Positions 49,675 to 59,044 of a stretch of 64,000 nucleotides of DNA are shown in pieces. The stretch is from Arthrobacter sp. (lineage in GTDB: Bacteria > Actinomycetota > Actinomycetes > Actinomycetales > Micrococcaceae), in the NCBI GenBank assembly GCA_035254945.1, contig DATFAE010000022.1, positions 7,691 through 71,690 on the forward strand, given 5' to 3'. The position numbers were made by a program, and so were the translations under genes. Below the pieces are notes generated by a model, which made no database searches, was not told the origin of the DNA, and saw only the letters and a list, made by a program, of their open reading frames with translations. The first letter of the stretch is position 1; the number at the start of each line of letters is the position of its first letter.

Positions 49675-49701
49675 TGTCACCGAAGTCATTTGGAGGGCAC
49701 C

Positions 49702-50427
49702 ATGGAGTTTATGATCAGCGGACGAAATCTGACGGTCTCAGACCGCTTCCGCGAATACGCCGGTGAGAAGATCTCGAAGATCGAATCGCTGGGCGACAAG
49801 GTCCAGCGGGTGGATGCGAAGGTCTCGAAGGAAACCAACGCCCGCCAGGCCGGCGACCAGCTCACCGTTGAAGTGACTGTCCTGGGACGCGGGCCCGTTA
49901 TCCGGGCCGAAGCCAGCGCCGCAGACAAATTCGCTGCCTTTGATCTCGCCTACAACAAGCTGCTCGAACGTCTTCGCCGTGCAAAAGACCGCAAGAAGGT
50001 CCATCACGGCCGCCACACGCCCAAGGCGGTCCGCGAAGCCACCGCATCATTGGAGCCTGCGAGTGCCCATGAGCCCATTTACGTCGAGGCAAGCCACCGG
50101 AACGAACCCGTAGCAGCGGCAGCCGAAAAATCGCCCTACGACGTTGACAACGATATCCCCGCCGGGGACTCGCCCGTACTGATCAGGCGAAAAGTCTTCC
50201 CCGCAGCGTCCCTTTCCCTTGACGATGCCGTGGACAATATGGAACTGGTTGGCCATGATTTCTACCTGTTTGTGGACAAAGCCACGAACACACCGTCTGT
50301 CGTTTACCGCCGCCGTGGCTGGACCTACGGTGTCATCACCCTGGACCACGAGTGCGAACCAGGGGAAACGGTTGTTGAAGAAAAGATCCTTGCCTACCGT
50401 TCCGACGACGAGGCTGCCAGGATCTAG
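49702..50427 (+). CDS. hpf: Ribosome hibernation promoting factor (long HPF / RaiA)
   Basis: MEFMISGRN, AEASAADKFAAFDLA, RLRRAKDRKKVH, DDAVDNMELVGHDFYLF, SVVYRRRG..YGVI; RBS GGAGG. Confidence 0.94.
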   Translation: MEFMISGRNLTVSDRFREYAGEKISKIESLGDKVQRVDAKVSKETNARQAGDQLTVEVTVLGRGPVIRAEASAADKFAAFDLAYNKLLERLRRAKDRKKVHHGRHTPKAVREATASLEPASAHEPIYVEASHRNEPVAAAAEKSPYDVDNDIPAGDSPVLIRRKVFPAASLSLDDAVDNMELVGHDFYLFVDKATNTPSVVYRRRGWTYGVITLDHECEPGETVVEEKILAYRSDDEAARI

Positions 50428-50459
50428 GGTGGTGCACACCATCCATCGAAAGGACTGAT

Positions 50460-51728
50460 GTGGCGGCGACGCTGAGCCTTGGACAGGCGCGGCGGATCGC
50501 CCTGGCAGCCCAAGGTCTGGACAAAGGACGGCCCTCCGGCCCCGTGACTTCACGGACGGTGGGCCGTACCTTTGCCCGCCTGCAGCTGGTCCAGATCGAT
50601 TCCGTCAACGTGGTCTCGCGGAGCCACTACCTGCCGTTTTTCTCGCGCCTGGGCAACTACGACCGGAGTATCCTGCAGCGCATGTCCAGCACCCGCCCAC
50701 GGCGCATGATGGAGTATTGGGCGCATGAGGCCAGCTACATCCGGCCGGAGCACTTCCAGGATCTGGTGCAGTGGCAAAAGCGTAAATGGGTCGGGGCCGC
50801 CGCCATGGATCCCGGGCTGCGCGAAGCCGTGGCCGGAAAAATCCTGGCGGTCCTGGCCCGCGGACGGGCCATGACGGCTGCCGAACTGACGGTTGAAATC
50901 GGGCATGTGGAAGACCGCCGGAGTGACAACTGGGGGTGGAACTGGAACGCCGTCAAAAGGGTTCTTGAACATCTGTTTGAAGCGGGCGTCGTTTCCGCAG
51001 CGTCCCGCACGGAACAATTCGAGCGCAGGTACACCCTGACTGCGCGGGTGCTGCCGGACCGGCGGGCCCTGGATGAGGAACGGCGGGACCCCGTAGAGTC
51101 CATGCGCCGCCTGATCGACGCGGCCGCACAGGCCCACGGCATCGGAACCGTGAAGTGCTTCGCTGACTATTTCCGCACGCCGGTCAAGCCCGCTGCCGCC
51201 GCCGTGGAGCATTTGGTAGGCACCGGGCGGCTGACGCCCGTTACTGTTGCGGGCTGGGACAGGGAAGTGTACCTGCACGCTGATGCCCGGACGCCGCGGC
51301 GGGCGGTGGGCCGGGCCCTGCTCAGTCCCTTTGACTCGCTGGTCTTTGAACGCCGCCGGCTGGAAGAACTCTTCGGCTTCCACTACCGCATCGAGATTTA
51401 CACCCCTGAACACCGGCGTCGGTTCGGCTATTACGTCCTGCCGTTCCTGCTGGGGGAAACCCTGGTGGCACGGGTGGATCTTAAGGCCGACCGTGCTGCC
51501 GGACAGTTGCTGGTCCGCTCCGCCTACCGCGAGCCAGGCGCCCCGCCGGGAACCGCCGTCGAACTGGCAGCCGAGCTGGAACTGATGGCTGAGTGGCTGG
51601 GGTTGGGGGACGTTGTGGTCAGCCCGGTAGGGGACCTGGCGGGTGACCTTGCTGCGGCGGTCGGAGCTGGCGGAAGCGCTATCCGCTCTCAGGGAACACA
51701 GGCATCGTGGCCTGTGTCTCTCCCGTAG
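50460..51728 (+). CDS. YcaQ/AlkZ-like (HTH_42) DNA glycosylase
   Basis: [22 protein letters not shown] (QxD), [35 protein letters not shown]. Confidence 0.88.
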   Translation: MAATLSLGQARRIALAAQGLDKGRPSGPVTSRTVGRTFARLQLVQIDSVNVVSRSHYLPFFSRLGNYDRSILQRMSSTRPRRMMEYWAHEASYIRPEHFQDLVQWQKRKWVGAAAMDPGLREAVAGKILAVLARGRAMTAAELTVEIGHVEDRRSDNWGWNWNAVKRVLEHLFEAGVVSAASRTEQFERRYTLTARVLPDRRALDEERRDPVESMRRLIDAAAQAHGIGTVKCFADYFRTPVKPAAAAVEHLVGTGRLTPVTVAGWDREVYLHADARTPRRAVGRALLSPFDSLVFERRRLEELFGFHYRIEIYTPEHRRRFGYYVLPFLLGETLVARVDLKADRAAGQLLVRSAYREPGAPPGTAVELAAELELMAEWLGLGDVVVSPVGDLAGDLAAAVGAGGSAIRSQGTQASWPVSLP

Positions 51729-51774
51729 ACTAAAAACGCCAGAATTCGGCGGCAGAGACTGGGAGCATCTTCAC

Positions 51775-54513
51775 GTGGCATCACTTATCGAAAAACTTCT
51801 CCGTACGGGTGACAAAAAAACCCTCCGGCAACTGCGCAACTATGCCGACTCCATCAATGCCCTCGAAGACTCGTTCAAGACGTTCACTGACGCCGAACTC
51901 CGCGAAGAAACCGACCGCCTCCGGTCACGCCACCAGGACGGCGAAAAGCTGGATGACCTCCTGCCGGAGGCCTTTGCAGCCGTGCGGGAGGCCTCATCCC
52001 GAACCCTGGGCATGCGCCACTTCGATGTCCAGATGATGGGTGGCGCTGCCCTTCACCTGGGCAATATCGCCGAGATGAAGACCGGTGAAGGCAAGACCCT
52101 GGTGGCCACTGCTCCGGCCTACCTCAACGCCCTCACCGGGAACGGCGTCCACGTCATCACCGTGAACGACTACCTCGCCGAATACCAGTCAGACCTGATG
52201 GGCCGTGTTTACCGATTCCTGGGCCTGACCAGCGGATGCATCCTGTCCAACCAGGACCCGTCCGTCCGCCGGGAGCAGTACGCAGCGGACATCACCTACG
52301 GCACCAACAACGAATTCGGCTTCGATTACCTCCGCGACAACATGGCGTGGGACCGCTCAGAGCTGGTCCAGCGCGGCCACCACTTCGCGATCGTGGATGA
52401 GGTTGACTCCATCCTGATCGACGAGGCCCGGACGCCGCTGATCATCTCCGGGCCCGCCCAGGGCGACACCAACCGCTGGTACAGCGAATTCGCCAAAGTA
52501 GTCCTTCGTCTCCAGCCCGAACACGACTACGAGGTTGACGAGAAGAAGCGCACCGTTGGCGTCCTCGAAAGTGGAATCGAAAAGGTTGAAGACTACCTCG
52601 GGATCCAGAACCTGTACGAGTCCGCCAACACCCCGCTCATCGGATTCCTGAACAACGCCATCAAGGCCAAAGAATTGTTCAAGCGCGACAAGGACTACGT
52701 CATCCTGGACGGCGAAGTCCTGATTGTTGACGAACATACCGGACGAATCCTTGCCGGCCGGCGCTACAACGAGGGCATGCACCAGGCAATCGAGGCCAAG
52801 GAAGGCGTCGAGATCAAGGCCGAAAACCAGACGCTGGCCACGGTGACGCTCCAGAACTACTTCCGCATGTACGGCAAGCTCTCCGGCATGACCGGCACCG
52901 CGGAGACCGAAGCCGCCGAGTTCATGGGGACCTACAAGCTCGGTGTTGTTGCGATTCCCACCAACCGCGACATGCAGCGGATCGACCAGTCCGACCTCGT
53001 GTTCAAGAACGAAAAAGTCAAATTCGACGCCGTGGTGAAGGATATTGCCGAACGCCACGAAAAGGGCCAGCCAGTCCTGGTTGGCACCACGAGCGTTGAA
53101 AAGAGCGAATACCTCTCCGGGCTGCTCGCCAAGGAGGGCATCAGGCACGAAGTCCTCAACGCCAAGAACCATGCCCGCGAGGCCGCCATTGTCGCGCAGG
53201 CCGGCCGCAAGGGCGCCGTCACCGTCGCCACGAACATGGCCGGCCGTGGCACCGACATCATGCTGGGCGGCAACGCCGAATTCACCGCTGTCGCCGAGCT
53301 CGCCAAGCGAGGGCTGGACCCGGAGGAGAACTCCGAGGAGTACGAGGCCGCGTGGCCCGCTGCCTTTGAGGCAGCCAAGCAGTCCGTCAAGGACGAACAC
53401 GAGCAAGTGCTGAGCCTCGGCGGCCTCTACGTCCTTGGCACCGAACGTCACGAATCCCGCCGCATCGACAACCAGCTCAGGGGCCGTTCCGGCCGCCAGG
53501 GCGATCCTGGCGAGTCGCGGTTCTATCTTTCCCTGACCGATGACCTGATGCGGCTGTTCAACTCAGGGGCCGCAGAGCGCCTGATGAACAGTTCAGTGCC
53601 CGACGACGTCGCGCTGGAATCCAAGCTGGTGTCCCGTGCCATCGCTTCCGCGCAGGGGCAGGTGGAAGGCCGCAACGCCGAACAGCGCAAGAACGTCCTG
53701 AAATACGACGACGTCCTGAACCGCCAGCGCGAAGCCATCTACGGCGACCGCCGCCGGATCCTGGAAGGCGACGACCTGCACGAAAAGGTGCAGTTCTTTG
53801 TCGAAGACACCATCACGGCCCTCATCGACGCCGCCACGGCTGAGGGCAACGGCGATGACTGGGACTACAACCAGCTGTGGACCAACCTGAAAACCCTGTA
53901 CCCGGTGAGCGTCACTGCGGAGGACATCATCGACGAGGCGGGCGGAAAATCCCGGCTCACGGTCGAGTTCCTCAAGGAAGAGCTCCTCTCCGACGCCAGG
54001 CTGGTGTACCAGGCACGTGAAGAGGCCATCGGCTCCGAAAGCATGCGGGAGCTGGAACGCCGCGTGGTGCTGTCCGTCATCGGGCGCAAGTGGCAGGAAC
54101 ATCTTTATGAGATGGACTACCTGAAGGAAGGCATCGGCCTGCGCGCAATGGCCCAGCGTGACCCGCTCGTGGAGTACCAGCGGGAAGGGTTCACGATGTT
54201 CCAGAGCATGATGGAGGCCATCCGCGAGGAAAGTGTGGGCTTCCTCTTCAACCTCGAAGTGGAGGTCACCCCGGCGCAGGACGTCGTGGTTGCCGACGCC
54301 GCGGGCGGACACACCGAGCACGTAGAACCGCAGATCCGTGCTGCTGGACTGGAGGCGCCGGAGAAGCCCGCGCAGCTGCAGTACACGGCTCCTGGTGAAG
54401 ACGGCGCAAGCCAGACACGCGTTGAAAGCCGTTCTTCAGGCCGTTCGGGCAACCCGGCGAAGGCGGCCGCACAGGACGGTGCCAGGAAGCCTGGCAAGAA
54501 GAAGCGCCGCTGA
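51775..54513 (+). CDS. secA: Preprotein translocase ATPase SecA
   Basis: [48 protein letters not shown]-like, [16 protein letters not shown]; GTG 51775. Confidence 0.97.
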   Translation: MASLIEKLLRTGDKKTLRQLRNYADSINALEDSFKTFTDAELREETDRLRSRHQDGEKLDDLLPEAFAAVREASSRTLGMRHFDVQMMGGAALHLGNIAEMKTGEGKTLVATAPAYLNALTGNGVHVITVNDYLAEYQSDLMGRVYRFLGLTSGCILSNQDPSVRREQYAADITYGTNNEFGFDYLRDNMAWDRSELVQRGHHFAIVDEVDSILIDEARTPLIISGPAQGDTNRWYSEFAKVVLRLQPEHDYEVDEKKRTVGVLESGIEKVEDYLGIQNLYESANTPLIGFLNNAIKAKELFKRDKDYVILDGEVLIVDEHTGRILAGRRYNEGMHQAIEAKEGVEIKAENQTLATVTLQNYFRMYGKLSGMTGTAETEAAEFMGTYKLGVVAIPTNRDMQRIDQSDLVFKNEKVKFDAVVKDIAERHEKGQPVLVGTTSVEKSEYLSGLLAKEGIRHEVLNAKNHAREAAIVAQAGRKGAVTVATNMAGRGTDIMLGGNAEFTAVAELAKRGLDPEENSEEYEAAWPAAFEAAKQSVKDEHEQVLSLGGLYVLGTERHESRRIDNQLRGRSGRQGDPGESRFYLSLTDDLMRLFNSGAAERLMNSSVPDDVALESKLVSRAIASAQGQVEGRNAEQRKNVLKYDDVLNRQREAIYGDRRRILEGDDLHEKVQFFVEDTITALIDAATAEGNGDDWDYNQLWTNLKTLYPVSVTAEDIIDEAGGKSRLTVEFLKEELLSDARLVYQAREEAIGSESMRELERRVVLSVIGRKWQEHLYEMDYLKEGIGLRAMAQRDPLVEYQREGFTMFQSMMEAIREESVGFLFNLEVEVTPAQDVVVADAAGGHTEHVEPQIRAAGLEAPEKPAQLQYTAPGEDGASQTRVESRSSGRSGNPAKAAAQDGARKPGKKKRR

Positions 54514-54543
54514 CCATCAGCTCACCCCACGGCAGTGACCAAT

Positions 54544-54581
54544 GGGAAAGGGCCCGGAACCTCGGTTCCGGGCCCTTTCCC
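54544..54581. terminator. Bidirectional terminator between secA and the Rv3235-like gene
   Basis: Perfect 18-bp inverted repeat GGGAAAGGGCCCGGAACC / GGTTCCGGGCCCTTTCCC. Confidence 0.82.
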
Positions 54582-54604
54582 GTGAGGCCGGCTGGACGGG
54601 GGGA

Positions 54605-55069
54605 TCAGCCGATCACGAGTTCCGTGACACGCCACACCTCCTTGCTTCGTTCCAGCCGGACAGCCACGGCACGTGCCCGGACGTCGTCAACGACAACGGC
54701 ACTGGCTTCGTAGATCCCGGGAGCGGCTTCGCACAGGCGGACTGACCTCACCACGGAGTTCTTGTGCAGCCTCGCCAGCGACGGCGACGATGAGCGGGCA
54801 AGCTCACGCCGGATCAACGACGCCCGATGCTGCAGCGCCGCCAGACAGCGCGGATCCAGGCGGCGCGAAAGCTGCTGGACTGGCCGGATACCTGCCAGGA
54901 CCTCCATGGAAGCCTGGACCGTGCTACGTATGATAGCGAGGACCTCGGCCTTTTCGTCGACGGCCCTGAGGGGGTGGGCAGCAAGTCCCGCCCGGTCCTG
55001 AGCCTGCCGCACGGCCACTGACCGGTTCGAGCCCGGGGCTGCGGGGCGGATAGGTGTTACTGCACTCAT
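54605..55069 (-). CDS. Rv3235 family protein
   Basis: MEVLAGIRPVQQLSR, SVRLC..EASAVV..RARAVAVRLE..WRVTELVIG; RBS AAGGGG. Confidence 0.8.
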   Translation of the reverse strand: MSAVTPIRPAAPGSNRSVAVRQAQDRAGLAAHPLRAVDEKAEVLAIIRSTVQASMEVLAGIRPVQQLSRRLDPRCLAALQHRASLIRRELARSSSPSLARLHKNSVVRSVRLCEAAPGIYEASAVVVDDVRARAVAVRLERSKEVWRVTELVIG

Positions 55070-55110
55070 GGTTTCCCCTTAGTTGTTGATGCTGCCCGTT
55101 TTTCCGACAG

Positions 55111-55920
55111 CTAGGCCGCAGCCGGTGGTTTCAGAAGTTGACCCGGAAGCAGGACATCCGGGTTGTGGCCAATTGCGGCCTTGTTGGCCTGGTACCAGCG
55201 CGGCCAGTGCAACGCCACTTCGACATCCGAGGCTCCCGGTCCCAGGTCCCTGGCCGCGATGTCCCAGAGGGTGTCGCCGGCGAGGACGGTGACCTCTGCC
55301 GGGGCCGCCGTTTGCGCTTGCCCGGCGCGTACAGGCCAGGCAACCGTGAGGCCCGGATCGGTTACCGGGGTACTCGGCCGCCAGTTCGGCTCCAACCCCG
55401 ACATTGGACCCTGATCCTCCAAAGCAGAATCGGCAGCGTCACTGCTTAAGGCACCATCAATTCCAAATGTGGCGGAAGTGCCGCCCGTGGGCACCCACGC
55501 GGCTGGGACCGGGACGGCTGTGGTGGGACCCCAGCCCGGTCCGGAGGCTGGTTCAGCGGCCTGGGCAAGTGGGCCGGAAACGAGCTGGACGGACAGCACA
55601 GCCAGCGCCAGGCGGCGCATGAATGAGGGACAGAACTTTCCGGCAGCGGCGGCCGCGCGTTGCTTCCCTGTCCGTTCCAGGACTGCTGAGAGAAAAGCGC
55701 AGGACATGGAGACAGCCCACCAGGCGGTGAGTGCCAGACCTGCCGTACTTATGGCAGCTCCCAGAAGGTGGTCGAAATCAGGAGCTTGCTTCCCGGGGGC
55801 TGTCAGTATCCATGGTTTCGTGAATCCAAGCCCCGCAGCCCCAAGGGAGCCGCCCAGAACCAGGATGGCTGCGGTCATGGCGGCGTCGGAGCCGGCCATC
55901 CCCTTCCCAGGTGCCGCCAT
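55111..55920 (-). CDS. Membrane-anchored LysM domain protein
   Basis: N-terminal hydrophobic helices, Pro/Ala linker, VTVLAGDTLWDIAA..WYQAN..IGHNPDVLLPGQLL; RBS GGAGAAGG before ATG 55920. Confidence 0.82.
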   Translation of the reverse strand: MAAPGKGMAGSDAAMTAAILVLGGSLGAAGLGFTKPWILTAPGKQAPDFDHLLGAAISTAGLALTAWWAVSMSCAFLSAVLERTGKQRAAAAAGKFCPSFMRRLALAVLSVQLVSGPLAQAAEPASGPGWGPTTAVPVPAAWVPTGGTSATFGIDGALSSDAADSALEDQGPMSGLEPNWRPSTPVTDPGLTVAWPVRAGQAQTAAPAEVTVLAGDTLWDIAARDLGPGASDVEVALHWPRWYQANKAAIGHNPDVLLPGQLLKPPAAA

Positions 55921-55934
55921 TGCCTTCTCCGTTC

Positions 55935-56002
55935 CGTTTGATGCTGTTTGATAGACTTTGATGCAATTAATGACAGTTTGCACTGCATTTATAATTTTTG
56001 TC
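55935..56002. repeat. 10-bp phased AT-rich direct-repeat array (TTTGAT core)
   Basis: TTTGATGC 55937, TTTGATAG 55947, TTTGATGC 55957, degenerate units near 55967, 55977, 55987, 55997. Confidence 0.8.
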
Positions 56003-56064
56003 CAGACGTTGGAGAGAATTGGTTGTGAATTGACCGGGCGTCACGGGCGCCCTACGCTGGCCGA

Positions 56065-56637
56065 ATGCGTTGGGATGAACTCTTCAATGACATGGAAGCG
56101 CAGTTTGCTGAAGGCGGCAGGCTGGCCATGGAAGCCGAAATTTCGGAACGCGCAAGGGCGGACACTGCTGGACTCCTGCTGGCAGACCGCCTGCGTGGAT
56201 CCTTGGGCACGCTGGTGAAGGTGCATCTTGTATCCGGCGCGGTCTTCGAAGGGACCCTGACTTATACGGGCGCCGATGCGTTGGTCCTGAATGACAAGCG
56301 CCACCAGGTGCTGGTTCCCCACGGCGCCGTACTGAGGTACGCCGGATTGGGGCGTTTCTCGGTCGACGAGCCCTCAGTTGTGCGGAGCAGCATGGGGCTG
56401 TCGAATGCCCTTCGAGCCCTGGCCCGGGACCGGTCCGAACTGACGGTCATCCTCAGGGGCGCGGACGTGCGGGACTCCGGGGTGACCGGAGTCATCGATA
56501 GGGTGGGCCGGGACTACTTCGACCTGGCTGCGGTGCGGCCCGGTGAAGCGCGACGTGCCCTGCACGTGGGCCAGGTGTCCACGATTCCGTTTTCCGCGCT
56601 CGCCGCGATCAGGTCACCAATCACAGGCGACCTGTAG
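56065..56637 (+). CDS. Hypothetical protein with two Sm/Hfq-like repeats
   Basis: MRWDELFNDMEAQ N-terminus, internal repeat of L.G..G.l..vG.D.l.L..v.vP..A; TACGCT -10 six nt before ATG. Confidence 0.7.
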   Translation: MRWDELFNDMEAQFAEGGRLAMEAEISERARADTAGLLLADRLRGSLGTLVKVHLVSGAVFEGTLTYTGADALVLNDKRHQVLVPHGAVLRYAGLGRFSVDEPSVVRSSMGLSNALRALARDRSELTVILRGADVRDSGVTGVIDRVGRDYFDLAAVRPGEARRALHVGQVSTIPFSALAAIRSPITGDL

Positions 56638-56666
56638 CCGCCGGAGCTTGGCGGCCGGCAGGGCCT

Positions 56667-56882
56667 TCAGATTGATTTGGACTTGGATTCCTGGATCATC
56701 CGGCTCGCCTCGGCATAGCGCTCCTCGATGTACTGCTCCAGCATTTTCTCCTCGACGCGCCACTGGCCGCGCCCGCCAACCTGGATGGCTTTAAGCTCGC
56801 CGCTGCGGACCAGAGCATAGGCCGCCGGCGAGTTGATCTGAAGCTGCTCTGCGACGTCTGCAAGGGTCAGGAATCTGGGCAT
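56667..56882 (-). CDS. Small HTH_17 (Xis/BldC-like, MerR-type wHTH) DNA-binding protein
   Basis: MPRFLTLADVAEQLQI..AYALVRSGELKAIQVGGRGQWRV; CAAAAT -10 six nt before ATG 56882. Confidence 0.85.
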   Translation of the reverse strand: MPRFLTLADVAEQLQINSPAAYALVRSGELKAIQVGGRGQWRVEEKMLEQYIEERYAEASRMIQESKSKSI

Positions 56883-56907
56883 AACCCTATTTTGCCACTC
56901 CAGAGCC

Positions 56908-56955
56908 CATATGATGCGGTTATCCACAATTTGATGCCGTTTATCATTTTGACTT
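56908..56955. promoter_or_regulatory. Second 10-bp phased array containing a perfect DnaA box
   Basis: TATGATGC 56910, TTATCCACA 56920, TTTGATGC 56930, TTTATCAT 56940, TTTGAC 56948. Confidence 0.7.
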
Positions 56956-57038
56956 CCGGTTCCGGCGTCCATGCCGTAACAATGAGGTTGTCCGGGTGCG
57001 GCCAACCGTCCCGGTGCGGAGCGAGGGGGAGACTGCGC

Positions 57039-57683
57039 GTGAGTTTTGGTGGAGAATCTGCAGCGGCGAGGCTGAAGCGGCCGTCCTGGAAGGATCCGCG
57101 GCTGCTCGTGGGAATACTCCTTGTCCTTGCGTCCGTGGCGGGGGTTATTTCCCTGGTAGGCAGCGCCGACAGGACCACCGAGGTCTATGCGGCCCGCGAT
57201 GCCATTGCGGTGGGCGAAACGCTGACGGAGGACAACGTGGTCCGCGCCAAAGTGCGGCTGGGTGACACCGAGCAGCACTACATCACGGTCGAGGCCGGCC
57301 TGCCTGAAGGTGTCGTGGCCGTCCAAAGAATCGGCAAGGACCAATTGGTCCCGCGGGAAAGCCTGGGCAGCGTGGATGCCCTGGACCGCAAGCCCGTCGC
57401 AGTGGCCGTCGAGGAGGCACTCCCAAGCCAGGTTGTTGACGGCACGCGGGTGGACGTCTGGGTTGCCATGCCAGATGCGAAGAACGGATTCAGCGAACCG
57501 AAACTACTCCTTCCAGGCGCCGAAATAGCGCAGATCACGTCCGGATCCACAACGTTGGGCTCGTCGCGAAGCACCGTGCTGATGATCCTGGTGTCGGACA
57601 GCCAAATGCCGGCACTCCTGGGCGCACAGGCTAACCAGGCCAAGATCTCCGTGGTCTGGAGTCCCGGCGGGGCCGCTTCGTGA
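57039..57683 (+). CDS. SAF-domain / CpaB(RcpC)-like protein
   Basis: RLKRPSWKDPRLLVGILLV TM helix, YAARDAIAVGETL, GTRVDVWV; RBS GGGGGAG before GTG 57039. Confidence 0.75.
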   Translation: MSFGGESAAARLKRPSWKDPRLLVGILLVLASVAGVISLVGSADRTTEVYAARDAIAVGETLTEDNVVRAKVRLGDTEQHYITVEAGLPEGVVAVQRIGKDQLVPRESLGSVDALDRKPVAVAVEEALPSQVVDGTRVDVWVAMPDAKNGFSEPKLLLPGAEIAQITSGSTTLGSSRSTVLMILVSDSQMPALLGAQANQAKISVVWSPGGAAS

Positions 57684-58987
57684 GCATCCCGGTGGTAACC
57701 GTCGGTGAGGCCCAGGAAGATGTAGTGGGCGGCCTTGAACGGTTGCACGGCCCTGTCACCGTGGTCCGCAGGTGCGCCGAACTCGCAGAGTTGCTGGCAG
57801 CCTGCCAGAGCGGACTGGCCCGTGCAGCGGTGATTGCAGACGGATGTGAGGGATTGACCGCTTCCCTTGTTGACAGGCTCGGCGCGGTCGGTGTGGCCAT
57901 CATTGCCCTCACAGACAACCCGGTCGAAGCATCCCGGCTCCGTGGGATCGGTGTTGCGTCGGCGTTGTCGGGCGTTGAGTCCGCAGCCCTGGCCGCAAGG
58001 ATATCTGAGGCCGTTGGCCAGCTTGCGGGTTCCGGTCAGCCCGGCAGTCCGGCAGCTGGCCTGGCCGATCCCTCCGCCGCCTTAAGGCCCGTGGCCGCCG
58101 CACCCGAGGACGTCCCGGTGGCTTCCGGTACGGGCACCGTCATTGCGGTCTGGGGCCCGGCGGGGTCCCCGGGGCGGACGTTCGTGGCAGCGAATATGGC
58201 GGGGGAGCTGGCGGCGGAGGGGAAGTCCGTCCTCCTGATTGATGCCGACAGCTATGGGGCCAGCATTGCAGCCGTCCTTGGCCTGCTGGATGAAGCGGCC
58301 GGGCTGGCCCAGGCCTGCAGGCTTGCGGACCAAGGTGTGCTGGACGCCGACGCAATGCTCAGGGTAACCGCTACAGTGGCAACCAAACTGGGCACCTTCC
58401 GGGTCCTGACCGGCATCACCCGGGCGGACAGATGGACCGAACTCCGGGCGGCAGCGCTGTCACTGGTAGTGGAGCGCGGGCGCGAAATTGCCGATGTGGT
58501 GGTCATTGATACCGGATTCTGCCTTGAGGCGGACGAAGAGCTCAGCTTCGACACCATGGCCCCGCGGCGCAATGCGGCCACGCTGCGCAGCCTGGAGTTG
58601 GCAGACACTGTCTTTGCCATTGGCTCGGCAGATCCTATCGGCGTTCCGCGGCTGGTCCGTGGCCTGACTGAACTTGAGCTTGCCGTCCCGCATGTCACTC
58701 CGATTGTCGTGCTTAACAAGGTGCGCGCCGGCGCGGTGGGCAGGTCACCAGAACGACAATTGCGCGACGCATGGGAACGGTACGGACCCGCCGCAGGAAT
58801 TAATGCGTTTCTGCCGGCGGACGGGCCCGCCGCCGATTCGGCCCTGCTCGGCGGCTCCCTGCTGCTTGAATCTTCCCCCGACTCGAAGCTAAGGACCGCA
58901 ATCGCACAATTGGTCTGTGCATCCGTCCAGCAAAAACCTGCATCCTCTGTATTTTCTTCCACACCGAGGCGTCGGCTAAAGGGTTAG
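57680..58987 (+). CDS. CpaE/TadZ-MinD-like ATPase with N-terminal receiver-like domain
   Basis: Deviant Walker A WGPAGSPGRT, VLLIDADSYG, VVIDTGF, VVLNKVR; GTGA overlap with the SAF gene. Confidence 0.82.
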   Translation: MSIPVVTVGEAQEDVVGGLERLHGPVTVVRRCAELAELLAACQSGLARAAVIADGCEGLTASLVDRLGAVGVAIIALTDNPVEASRLRGIGVASALSGVESAALAARISEAVGQLAGSGQPGSPAAGLADPSAALRPVAAAPEDVPVASGTGTVIAVWGPAGSPGRTFVAANMAGELAAEGKSVLLIDADSYGASIAAVLGLLDEAAGLAQACRLADQGVLDADAMLRVTATVATKLGTFRVLTGITRADRWTELRAAALSLVVERGREIADVVVIDTGFCLEADEELSFDTMAPRRNAATLRSLELADTVFAIGSADPIGVPRLVRGLTELELAVPHVTPIVVLNKVRAGAVGRSPERQLRDAWERYGPAAGINAFLPADGPAADSALLGGSLLLESSPDSKLRTAIAQLVCASVQQKPASSVFSSTPRRRLKG

Positions 58988-59044
58988 GCTCACCATAGGA
59001 GCTGCAAAGGTGCAGCATTAATCTTGTGATGGAGGCGTTTGCAG

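Noticed and set aside
49559-49701. Full-length raiA motif ncRNA
   Set aside because: The spacer is only 143 nt and I could not recognise the multi-stem architecture; only a hairpin-type leader is supported.
56667-56882. Prophage/ICE excisionase
   Set aside because: No integrase, att site or phage genes nearby; context points to a chromosomal regulator.
57039-58987. Complete Tad/Flp pilus locus
   Set aside because: No cpaF/tadA ATPase, tadB/C, pilin or prepilin peptidase in the window.
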